Of a stretch of 64,000 bases of DNA, positions 1-11,200 are shown piece by piece (position 1 is the stretch's first letter; the number at the start of each line of letters is the position of its first letter). Where the stretch lies: contig OZ024745.1 of assembly GCA_964016885.1 (NCBI GenBank), forward strand, positions 744,001 through 808,000, written 5' to 3'. The position numbers and the translations under genes are program-made. This DNA is from Eledone cirrhosa. Its lineage: Eukaryota. Below the pieces are notes generated by a model. The model did not search any database and was not told the DNA's origin. It saw only the letters and a program-made list of their open reading frames with translations.

Positions 1-130
1 CTAGCACATCATTGGAGTTGATAACAAAAATTAAACACAAATATAAGATCAAAACCTTGTCGCAAAGTTTTGATCTTATATTTGTGTTTAATTTTTGTTA
101 TCAACTCCAATGATTCTGGCCTTGTGCTAG
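1..130. repeat. Long inverted repeat/foldback: perfect 48-bp arms (8-55 / 67-114) plus outer CTAGCACA/TGTGCTAG arms
   Basis: 8-55 ATCATTGGAGTTGATAACAAAAATTAAACACAAATATAAGATCAAAAC is the exact reverse complement of 67-114. The 11-nt spacer is CTTGTCGCAAA, in which TTG/CAA can also pair. 1-8 CTAGCACA is the reverse complement of 123-130 TGTGCTAG. Confidence 0.95.
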
Positions 131-190
131 GATGAAACGATTGTCAGTGATTAAATGGTTGAAAGATTAAACACTGATTATCATTTACAT

Positions 191-210
191 TATATATATA
201 TACACACACA
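191..210. repeat. Short compound microsatellite (TA)n(CA)n
   Basis: TATATATATATACACACACA read directly. Confidence 0.8.
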
Positions 211-814
211 GAAACTACGAAGAACAGAAGTAAACATTTGCTGAGTATAGTTGTCAACTTATGAAGAGATATTAAGGAGGTTTTAGAGATTTAACCATCT
301 AAACTGGGACTATAAATGGATGAAGTGATTATAGCTTCAATATTTTGGAGCTACTGACTAAAAAATCAAATTCAAAATGCACATTGATTGATGAAGAGTT
401 TAAAAAAAAACAGCAAAGGAGATGAGAAATGCATCCATTTGTTTTTAATTTAAAAAAAAGTTAATGCCTATTATTTTTTTTCTTTCTTTTCTTCCATGTT
501 GTTGACATCAAAGAATAGCATTGGAGAAACTTGGGAGTAAATTGGCAATAATTCCTGACTACTTCCTGACTCCATGTTGGCAATATAGAATTAATTCAGA
601 TATGACCAGTCATTGAAACATTTTCAGCTGTGTTTTGAGTCTCCTTTACTGTGCTTGGAACCCTAGAATAAAAAAAAAAAAAACATAATGAAATATGGGA
701 GGTAGAAATCAGTCTGGGTTGCTTTCAGTTTTACCAACTGATTTATTAAATACTGCCATTTTGAAGCATTGCGTTAAGTGCTTAAAATAGTATTTTGTTT
801 GAAAGTTACCTTAA

Positions 815-828
815 CCCTTTAGCATTCA
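815..828 (+). repeat. piggyBac left terminal inverted repeat (14 bp)
   Basis: TTAA|CCCTTTAGCATTCA; exact reverse complement of 2256-2269. Confidence 0.95.
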
Positions 829-890
829 AAGCGACAAAAACCGACAAGATTATGTCCCCTTTCATTTATTCAAACCGACAAAAACCGACA
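824..890 (+). repeat. Left subterminal direct repeats of the transposon (2 x 23 bp, each containing two ~10-bp AAAA(C/G)CGACA-type units)
   Basis: 824-846 ATTCAAAGCGACAAAAACCGACA versus 868-890 ATTCAAACCGACAAAAACCGACA (1 mismatch). Confidence 0.85.
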
Positions 891-1053
891 TTTAATACCA
901 CACGGAGATTTCCTTGTAAAAATAAACATTGACATCATCGAAATCTCGTCAATTCGAGATTACTGCGAGATAAAGCCCTTACGCGCGAAAATTAACTCTT
1001 AGTATAGTTAAAGAACTTGCGATAACACGTGTTTTTAACGTTGAAAGTGTAAC

Positions 1054-1746
1054 ATGGCTTTCGAAAGTAGCGACAACGAATTTGAAGGTTTTACGTCCGA
1101 CGACATTCGAGATCAAAAAGAAACAGAAGATAATATCAGTGATTTATCTTCAAACGAATCAGATATATTTATTTCTGATATATCTGATAATGATGATAGT
1201 TACTTTGAAAGTGAAAGAGAAGATTTGAAAAAACAGCAACATGGTTGAAAGAAACAACATCGATACATGTTTCGGATTTTACTGAAAATATTGGACCACA
1301 ACACACATTACCACCCGATGCTAAAGCACTGGATTATTATTTTTTATTTTTACCACAATTTTTCTTCGAAGTTGTGGCAAATCGCTATGCACAACAACAA
1401 ATTTCTAATATCGGAAAACCCGATCTGTTATGGCGTCCGACAGATTCTGCCGAAATGAAATCGTTTTTTACCATAAATATTATGTTTGGTATTAAACAAT
1501 TTCCACGACTGGAATTATTGGAGTACTGATATAAGGTTTGGTGACCCTTATATATCTAGTATTATGGCAAAAACGAGATTCATTAAATTAAACCAGTATT
1601 TGCATCTGGTTGATACTTCAAATACCCCAGGTAGAAATGAATCAAATTACGACCCACTGTACAAAGTAAACCCATTAATTGAAATATTGCCAGAAAAATT
1701 TAAAAGTGTGTATAAACTTATATATTGGGAACTTTCTGTTACGTAA
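1054..1746 (+). pseudogene. piggyBac (PGBD-like, DDE_Tnp_1_7-type) transposase pseudogene, N-terminal ~230 codons only, two frameshifts
   Basis: ORFs 1054-1248, 1245-1529 and 1486-1746 join into one protein. It has an acidic N-terminus (SDNEFEGF...), then F-x-x-x-x-GP...LDYYFLFL...NRYAQQ...WRPTDSAEMKSFF...FGI, then YWSTD...IMAKTRF..LNQYLHLVD...YDPLYKVNPLIE...F..VY...ELSV. These motifs are recognisable from piggyBac transposases (from memory, no search run). Frameshifts lie near ~1230-1242 and ~1515, and the remnant is truncated at ~1741. Confidence 0.9.
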
Positions 1747-2255
1747 TTTTACACCGTACATTTACAGAGTACATTGCCAATATTATTTTGACCGGTGAAA
1801 AGGTTTTATACATTTTTTTCAATGAAAATATTTGCCTGGAATGTAGAGAAAAACTAAAACAGTGTACTGATTACACCTGCATTTTTAATTAATTCACCTG
1901 TTCAGAAAACTGCTAGAATTGATGGAAATCAGCATCTAGGTCATTATTGGATTTTTTTGCAACAAATCTAACAGATAAGGCAGATAAAGTTTAAATTTTT
2001 GTGTTTATCCATAAAGTTATTACTTTTACACCTGTTAATTAATTTCACCTGCCCATAAAAGTCAAATTTAACAAAAAAAAATCAGGTAAAAATATATAAT
2101 TGTAAATTATAGTTATTTAAACATCTACTGACAAAATTTCAAGCCTGCACATAGAAAATTAAAGTAATTACAAACAAATAAAATTGATAACCCTCTTGAG
2201 TATAATTAAGTGAAAATAATGCGAATAGATGAACATGACATTTGACAATTCAATG

Positions 2256-2269
2256 TGAATGCTAAAGGG
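2256..2269 (-). repeat. piggyBac right terminal inverted repeat (14 bp)
   Basis: TGAATGCTAAAGGG|TTAA; exact reverse complement of 815-828. Confidence 0.95.
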
Positions 2270-5200
2270 TTAATGTGAATTGGAGAGAGTATGTTTGGGG
2301 GCGCCATATTGACATATAGCATTTCTTGGGCATTTTAAGCCTGGCAGAGCCCATCCCTCTCCAGGCCTGAGTATAGCAAATCTGATGCAGGGAGAGGAAG
2401 AATCGACCCCAGTATTGCACTGACACTCTTTCGGCTACATGGCATCAGGTTTAGAGAGTTGGGTGAAACTAAATTATGGGCACATAGTTTTCCAAAAAAT
2501 CATTTGTAATGAGTGAAATGAAGTAGATGAGAACCCAAACTATATATTGCAGCAGTGTACTCACTGAATTATGGTAAGGACCTTCTTGTAGTTTATGTTT
2601 GCATTAGTCAACTTAAATTTTTACTGAAGATATTGCTGATATACACAGTTACAGCAGAAATACAAAAGTGTTCTTTTGAACAAATTTTCCTTTATACTAG
2701 TGTATGTGTAGATACAAATGTTTAAAGCCACTGCTACAACAAGGGCCAGTTTTATAAGACCCATGCTAAATGCTATGCTCTCATCATTGGGTTCTTTTTG
2801 AAGAAATGTTTTCCCTGGATGCCCTACTTGAAGTCAATATACTTAATTAACTCTTCATAGAACTGTAAATAGAAAAAGTTAAACATCTATAACTTTAGTC
2901 CTTATGACCAGTTTTGGGGTTGGCTGACATCACACAGGGATACAGTGTACCTATTCTAAACCAGATATACATGGTATTATAACATACAGGGATACAGTGT
3001 ACCAATTTTAAACTAGATATATATGGTATTACAACATACAGAGATACAGTGTACCTATTCTAAACTAGATATACATGGTATTACAACATACAGAGATACA
3101 GTGTACCTATTCTAAACTAGATATACATGGTCTTATGAAATACAGGGATGCAGTGTACCAATTTTAAACTAGATATATATATGGTATTACAACATACAGA
3201 GATACAGTGTACCTATTCTAAACTAGATATATATGGTATTACAACATACAGGGATACAGTATACCTATTCTAAACTAGATATACATGGCATTATGACATA
3301 CAGGGATACAGTGTACCTATTCTAAACTAGGTATATATGGTATTACAACATACAGGGATACAGTGTACCTATTCTAAACTAGATATACATAGTATTACAA
3401 CATAGAGGGATACAGTGTACCTATTTTAAACTAGATATACATGGTAGTATGACATACGGGGTTACAGTGTACCTATTCTAAACTAGATATACATGGTATT
3501 ACAACATACAGGGATACAGTGTACCTATTTTAAACTAGATATATATGGTATTACAACATACAGGGATAGTGTACCTATTCTAAACTAGATATAAATGGTA
3601 TTACAACATACAGAGATACAGTGTACCTATTATAAACTTGATATACATGGTATTACAACATACAGGGATACAGTGTACCTATTGTAAACTAGATATACAT
3701 GGTCTTACAACAAACAGAGATACAGTGTACCTATTCTAAACTTGATATACAAGGTATTACAACACACAGGGATACAGTGTACCTATTCTAAACTAGATAT
3801 ACATGGTATTATGACATACAGGGATATAGTGTACCTATTCTAAACTAGATACACATGGTATTATGACATACAGGGATACAGTGTACCTATTCTAAACTAG
3901 ATATATATGGTATTACAACACACAGGGATACAGTGTACCTATTCTAAACTAGATATATATGGTCTTACAACATACAGGGATACAGTGTACCTATTTTAAA
4001 CTAGATATACATGGTAGTATGACATACGGGGTTACAGTGTACCTATTCTAAACTAGATATACATGGTAGTATGACATACGGGGTTACAGTGTACCTATTC
4101 TAAACTAGATATACATGGTATTACAACATACAGGGATACAGTGTACCTATTTTAAACTAGATATATATGGTATTACAACATACAGGGATAGTGTACCTAT
4201 TCTAAACTAGATATAAATGGTATTACAACATACAGGGATACAGTGTACCTATTATAAACTTGATATACATGGTATTACAACATACAGGGATACAGTGTAC
4301 CTATTCTAAACTAGATATACATGGTATTATGACATACAGGGATACAGTGTACCTATTCTAGACTAGATATACATGGTATTACAACATACAGAGATACAGC
4401 GTACCTATTCTAAACTAGATACACATGGTATTATGACATACAGGGATACGGTGTAGCTATTCTAAACTAGATATACATGGTATTACAACATACAGGGATA
4501 CAGTGTACCTACTTTAAACTAGATACACATGGTATTACAACATATAGGGATACAGTGTACCTATTCTAAACTAGATATACATGGTCTTACAACATACAAG
4601 GATACAGTGTACCTATTCTAAACTAGATATATATGGTATTACAACATACAGGGATACAGTGTACCTATTCTAAACTAGATATACATGGTATTACAACATA
4701 CAGGGATACAGTGTACCTATTCTAAACTAGATATATATAGTATTACAACATACAGGGATACAGTGTACCTATTCTAAACTAGATATACATGGTATTACAA
4801 CATACAGGGATACAGTGTACCTATTCTAAACTAGATATATATGGTGTAACAACATACAGGGATACAGTGTACCTATTCTAAACTAGATATACATGGTCTT
4901 ACATCATACAGGGATACAGTGTACCTATTCTAAACTAGATATACATGGTATTACAACATACAGGGATACAGTGTACCTATTCTAGACTAGATATACATGG
5001 TATTACAACATACAGAGATACAGTGTACCTATTCTAAACTAGATATACATGGTATTACAACATACAGGGATACAGTGTACCTATTTTAAATTAGATATAC
5101 ATGGTATTATGACATACAGGGATACAGTGTACCTATTTTAAACTAGATATACATGGTCTTACAACATACAGAGATACAGTGTACCTATTCTAAACTAGAT

Positions 5201-8200
5201 ATATATGGTCTTACAACATACAGGGATACAGTGTACCTATTCTAAACTAGATATACATGGTCTTACATCATACAGGGATACAGTGTACCTATTCTAAACT
5301 AGATATACATGGTATTACAACATACAGGGATACAGTGTACCTATTCTAAACTAGATATACATGGTATTACAACATACAGAGATACAGTGTACCTATTCTA
5401 AACTTGATATACATGGTATTACAACATACAGAGATACAGTGTACCTATTCTAAACTAGATATATATGGTCTTACAACATACAGGGATACAGTGTACCTAT
5501 TCTAAACTAGATATACATGGTATTACAACATACAGGGATACAGTGTACCTATTCTAAACTAGATATATATGGTCTTACATCATACAGGGATACAGTGTAC
5601 CTATTGTAAACTAGATATATATGGTATTACAACATACAGGGATACAGTGTACCTATTCTAAACTAGATATACATGGTCTTACAACATACAGGGATACAGT
5701 GTACCTATTCTAAACTAGATATATATGGTATTACAACATACAGAGATACAGTGTACCTATTCTAAACTACATATATATGGTATTACAACATACAGGGATA
5801 CAGTGTACCTATTCTAAACTAGATATACACGGTCTTACAACATACAGGGATACAGTGTACCTATTCTAAACTAGATATACATGGTATTATGACATACAGG
5901 GATACAGTGTACCTATTTTAAACTAGATATACATGGTCTTACAACATACAGAGGTACAGTGTACCTATTCTAAACTAGATATATATGGTCTTACAACATA
6001 CAGGGATACAGTGTACCTATTTTAAACTAGATATACATGGTAGTATGACATACGGGGTTACAGTGTACCTATTCTAAACTAGATATACATGGTATTACAA
6101 CATACAGAGATACAGTGTACCTATTCTAAACTAGATATACATGGTCTTATGAAATACAGGGATGCAGTGTACCAATTTTAAACTAGATATATATATGGTA
6201 TTACAACATACAGAGATACAGTGTACCTATTCTAAACTAGATATATATGGTATTACAACATACAGGGATACAGTATACCTATTCTAAACTAGATATACAT
6301 GGCATTATGACATACAGGGATACAGTGTACCTATTCTAAACTAGGTATATATGGTATTACAACATACAGGGATACAGTGTACCTATTCTAAACTAGATAT
6401 ACATAGTATTACAACATACAGGGATACAGTGTACCTATTTTAAACTAGATATACACGGTCTTACAACATACAGAGATACAGTGTACCTATTCTAAACTAG
6501 ATATAAATGGTCTTACAACATACAGTGATACAGTGTACCTATTCTAAACTAGATATATATGGTCTTATGACATACACGGATACAGTGTACCTATTCTAAA
6601 CTAGATATATATGGTATTACAACATACAGAGATACAGTGTACCTATTCTAAACTAGATATATATGGTATTACAACATACAGGGATACAGTGTACCTATTC
6701 TAAACTAGATATACACGGTCTTACAACATACAGGGATACAGTGTACCTATTCTAAACTAGATATACATGGTATTATGACATACAGGGATACAGTGTACCT
6801 ATTTTAAACTAGATATACATGGTCTTACAACATACAGAGATACAGTGTACCTATTCTAAACTAGTTATACACGGTCTTACAACATACAGGGATACAGTGT
6901 ACCTATTGTAAACTAGATATATATGGTCTTACATCACACAGGGATACAGTGTACCTATTCTAAACTAGATATACATGGTATTATGACACAGGGATACAGT
7001 GTACCTATTTTAAACTAGATATACATGGTCTTACAACATACAGAGATACAGTGTACCTATTCTAAACTAGATATATATGGTCTTACAACATACAGGGATA
7101 CAGTGTACCTATTTTAAACTAGATATACATGGTCTTATGACATACAGGGATACAGTGTACCTATTCTAAACTAGATACACATGGTATTACAACACACAGG
7201 GATACAGTGTACCTATTCTAAACTAGATATATATGGTATTACAACATACAGGGATACAGTGTACCTATTCTAAACTAGATATATATGCTATTACAACATA
7301 CAGGGATAGTGTACCTAATCTAAACTAGATATACATGGTATTAACACATACAGGGATACAGTGTACCTATTCTAAACTAGATATACATGGTCTTACAACA
7401 TACAGAGATACAGTGTACCTATTCTAAACTAGATATATATGGTCTTACAACATACAGGGATACAGTGTACCTATTTTAAACTAGATATACATGGTCTTAT
7501 GACATACAGGGATACAGTGTACCTATTCTAAACTAGATATACATGGTCTTACAACATACAGAGATACAGTGTACCTATTCTAAACTAGATATACATGGTA
7601 TTAACACATACAGAGATACAGTGTACCTATTCTAAACTAGATATATATGGTCTTACAACATACAGTGATACAGTGTACCTATTCTAAACTAGATATATAT
7701 GGTCTTATGACATACACGGATACAGTGTACCTATTCTAAACTAGATATATATGGTATTACAACATACAGAGATACAGTGTACCTATTCTAAACTAGATAT
7801 ATATGGTATTACAACATACAGGGATACAGTGTACTTATTCTAAACTAGATATACACGGTCTTACAACATACAGGGATACAGTGTACCTATTCTAAACTAG
7901 ATATACATGGTATTATGACATACAGGGATACAGTGTACCTATTTTAAACTAGATATACATGGTCTTACAACATACAGAGATACAGTGTACCTATTCTAAA
8001 CTAGATATACACGGTCTTATAACATACAGGGATACAGTGTACCTATTGTAAACTAGATATATATGGTCTTACATCACACAGGGATACAGTGTACCTATTC
8101 TAAACTAGATATACATGGTATTCTGACACAGGGATACAGTGTAACTATTCTAAACTAGATATACATGGTATTACAACATACAGGGATACAGTGTACCTAT

Positions 8201-11200
8201 TCTAAACTAGATATACACGGTCTTACAACATACAGGGATACAGTGTACCTATTCTAAACTAGATATACATGGTATTATGACATACAGGGATACAGTGTAC
8301 CTATTTTAAACTAGATATACATGGTCTTACAACATACAGAGATACAGTATACCTATTCTAAACTAGATATATATGGTCTTACAACATACAGGGATACAGT
8401 GTACCTATTTTAAACTAGATATACATGGTCTTATGACATACAGGGATACAGTGTACCTATTCTAAACTACATACACATGGTATTACAACACACAGGGATA
8501 CAGTGTACTTATTCTAAACTAGATATATATGGTATTACAACATACAGGGATACAGTGTACCTATTCTAAACTAGATATACACGGTCTTACAACATACAGG
8601 GATACAGTGTACCTATTCTAAACTAGATATATATGGTCTTACAACATACAGAGATACAGTATACCTATTCTAAACTAGATATATATGGTCTTACAACATA
8701 CAGGGATACAGTGTACCTATTTTAAACTAGATATACATGGTCTTATGACATACAGGGATACAGTGTACCTATTCTAAACTAGATATATATGGTATTACAA
8801 CATACAGAGATACAGTGTACCTATTCTAAACTAGATATATATGGTATTACAACATACAGGGATACAGTGTACCTATTCTAAACTAGATATACACGGTCTT
8901 ACAACATACAGGGATACAGTGTACCTATTCTAAACTAGATATACATGGTATTATGACATACAGGGATACAGTGTACCTATTTTAAACTAGATATACATGG
9001 TCTTACAACATACAGGGATACAGTGTACCTATTCTAAACTAGATATATATGGTATTACAACATACAGGGATACAGTGTACCTATTCTAAACTAGATATAT
9101 ATGCTATTACAACATACAGGGATAGTGTACCTAATCTAAACTAGATATATATGGTATTAACACATACAGAGATACAGTGTACCTATTTTAAACTAGATAT
9201 ACATGGTCTTACAACATACAGAGATACAGTGTACCTATTCTAAACTAGATATATATGGTCTTACAACATACAGGGATACAGTGTACCTATTCTAAACTAG
9301 ATATACATGGTCTTACATCATACAGGGATACAGTGTACCTATTCTAAACTAGATATACATGGTATTACAACATACAGGGATACAGTGTACCTATTCTAAA
9401 CTAGATATACATGGTATTACAACATACAGAGATACAGTGTACCTATTCTAAACTTGATATACATGGTATTACAACATACAGAGATACAGTGTACCTATTC
9501 TAAACTAGATATATATGGTCTTACAACATACAGGGATACAGTGTACCTATTCTAAACTAGATATACATGGTATTACAACATACAGGGATACAGTGTACCT
9601 ATTCTAAACTAGATATATATGGTCTTACATCATACAGGGATACAGTGTACCTATTGTAAACTAGATATATATGGTATTACAACATATAGGGATACAGTGT
9701 ACCTATTCTAAACTAGATATACATGGTCTTACAACATACAGGGATACAGTGTACCTATTCTAAACTAGATATATATGGTATTACAACATACAGAGATACA
9801 GTGTACCTATTCTAAACTACATATATATGGTATTACAACATACAGGGATACAGTGTACCTATTCTAAACTAGATATACATGGTATTATGACATACAGGGA
9901 TACAGTGTACCTATTTTAAACTAGATATACATGGTCTTACAACATACAGAGGTACAGTGTACCTATTCTAAACTAGATATATATGGTCTTACAACATACA
10001 GGGATACAGTGTACCTATTTTAAACTAGATATACATGGTAGTATGACATACGGGGTTACAGTGTACCTATTCTAAACTAGATATACATGGTATTACAACA
10101 TACAGAGATACAGTGTACCTATTCTAAACTAGATATACATGGTCTTATGAAATACAGGGATGCAGTGTACCAATTTTAAACTAGATATATATATGGTATT
10201 ACAACATACAGAGATACAGTGTACCTATTCTAAACTAGATATATATGGTATTACAACATACAGGGATACAGTATACCTATTCTAAACTAGATATACATGG
10301 CATTATGACATACAGGGATACAGTGTACCTATTCTAAACTAGGTATATATGGTATTACAACATACAGGGATACAGTGTACCTATTCTAAACTAGATATAC
10401 ATAGTATTACAACATACAGGGATACAGTGTACCTATTTTAAACTAGATATACATGGTCTTACAACATACAGAGATACAGTGTACCTATTCTAAACTAGAT
10501 ATAAATGGTCTTACAACATACAGTGATACAGTGTACCTATTCTAAACTAGATATATATGGTCTTATGACATACACGGATACAGTGTACCTATTCTAAACT
10601 AGATATATATGGTATTACAACATACAGAGATACAGTGTACCTATTCTAAACTAGATATATATGGTATTACAACATACAGGGATACAGTGTACCTATTCTA
10701 AACTAGATATACACGGTCTTACAACATACAGGGATACAGTGTACCTATTCTAAACTAGATATACATGGTATTATGACATACAGGGATACAGTGTACCTAT
10801 TTTAAACTAGATATACATGGTCTTACAACATACAGAGATACAGTGTACCTATTCTAAACTAGATATACACGGTCTTACAACATACAGGGATACAGTGTAC
10901 CTATTGTAAACTAGATATATATGGTCTTACATCACACAGGGATACAGTGTACCTATTCTAAACTAGATATACATGGTATTATGACACAGGGATACAGTGT
11001 ACCTATTTTAAACTAGATATACATGGTCTTACAACATACAGAGATACAGTGTACCTATTCTAAACTAGATATATATGGTCTTACAACATACAGGGATACA
11101 GTGTACCTATTTTAAACTAGATATACATGGTCTTATGACATACAGGGATACAGTGTACCTATTCTAAACTAGATACACATGGTATTACAACACACAGGGA

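Larger units (their letters stand above)
815..2269 (+). mobile_element. piggyBac-superfamily DNA transposon, non-autonomous internal-deletion derivative (1,455 bp)
   Basis: TTAA at 811-814 and 2270-2273 is the piggyBac target-site duplication. The terminal inverted repeats CCCTTTAGCATTCA (815-828) / TGAATGCTAAAGGG (2256-2269) have the canonical CCC...GGG ends. The interior holds a piggyBac-like transposase remnant. Confidence 0.95.

Noticed and set aside
215-440. Purine-rich stretch that might be a decayed coding or retroelement fragment
   Set aside because: It has multiple stops and no motif I can identify with confidence. A translated search (tblastx/Dfam) would be needed.
552-682. TTCCTGACT doublet and A13 tract
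   Set aside because: These are ordinary low-complexity features, with no TSD or body to support a retroposon tail.
1267-1458. 63-aa ORF MFRILLKILD...
   Set aside because: It is an alternative-frame overlap of the transposase remnant with no recognisable motif.
1054-1746. Three separate small genes, a programmed frameshift or a domesticated PGBD gene
   Set aside because: The fragments are collinear parts of one transposase inside intact TIRs. The catalytic domain is missing, so decay is the simplest explanation.
2252-2280. AATGTGAAT repeated on both sides of the right TIR
   Set aside because: It is a 9-bp AT-rich match overlapping the TIR and TTAA. It is not a TSD and is probably coincidental.
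2280-2480. More GC-rich patch with a small hairpin (GCCTGG...CCAGGC, ~2339-2366), possible SINE or exon
   Set aside because: There are no clear Pol III boxes, tail, TSD or ORF, and a 6-bp stem is expected by chance.
2881-2927. Possible degenerate satellite monomer upstream of the array (GTCCTTATGAC)
   Set aside because: The match is short and out of 52-bp register with the first monomer.
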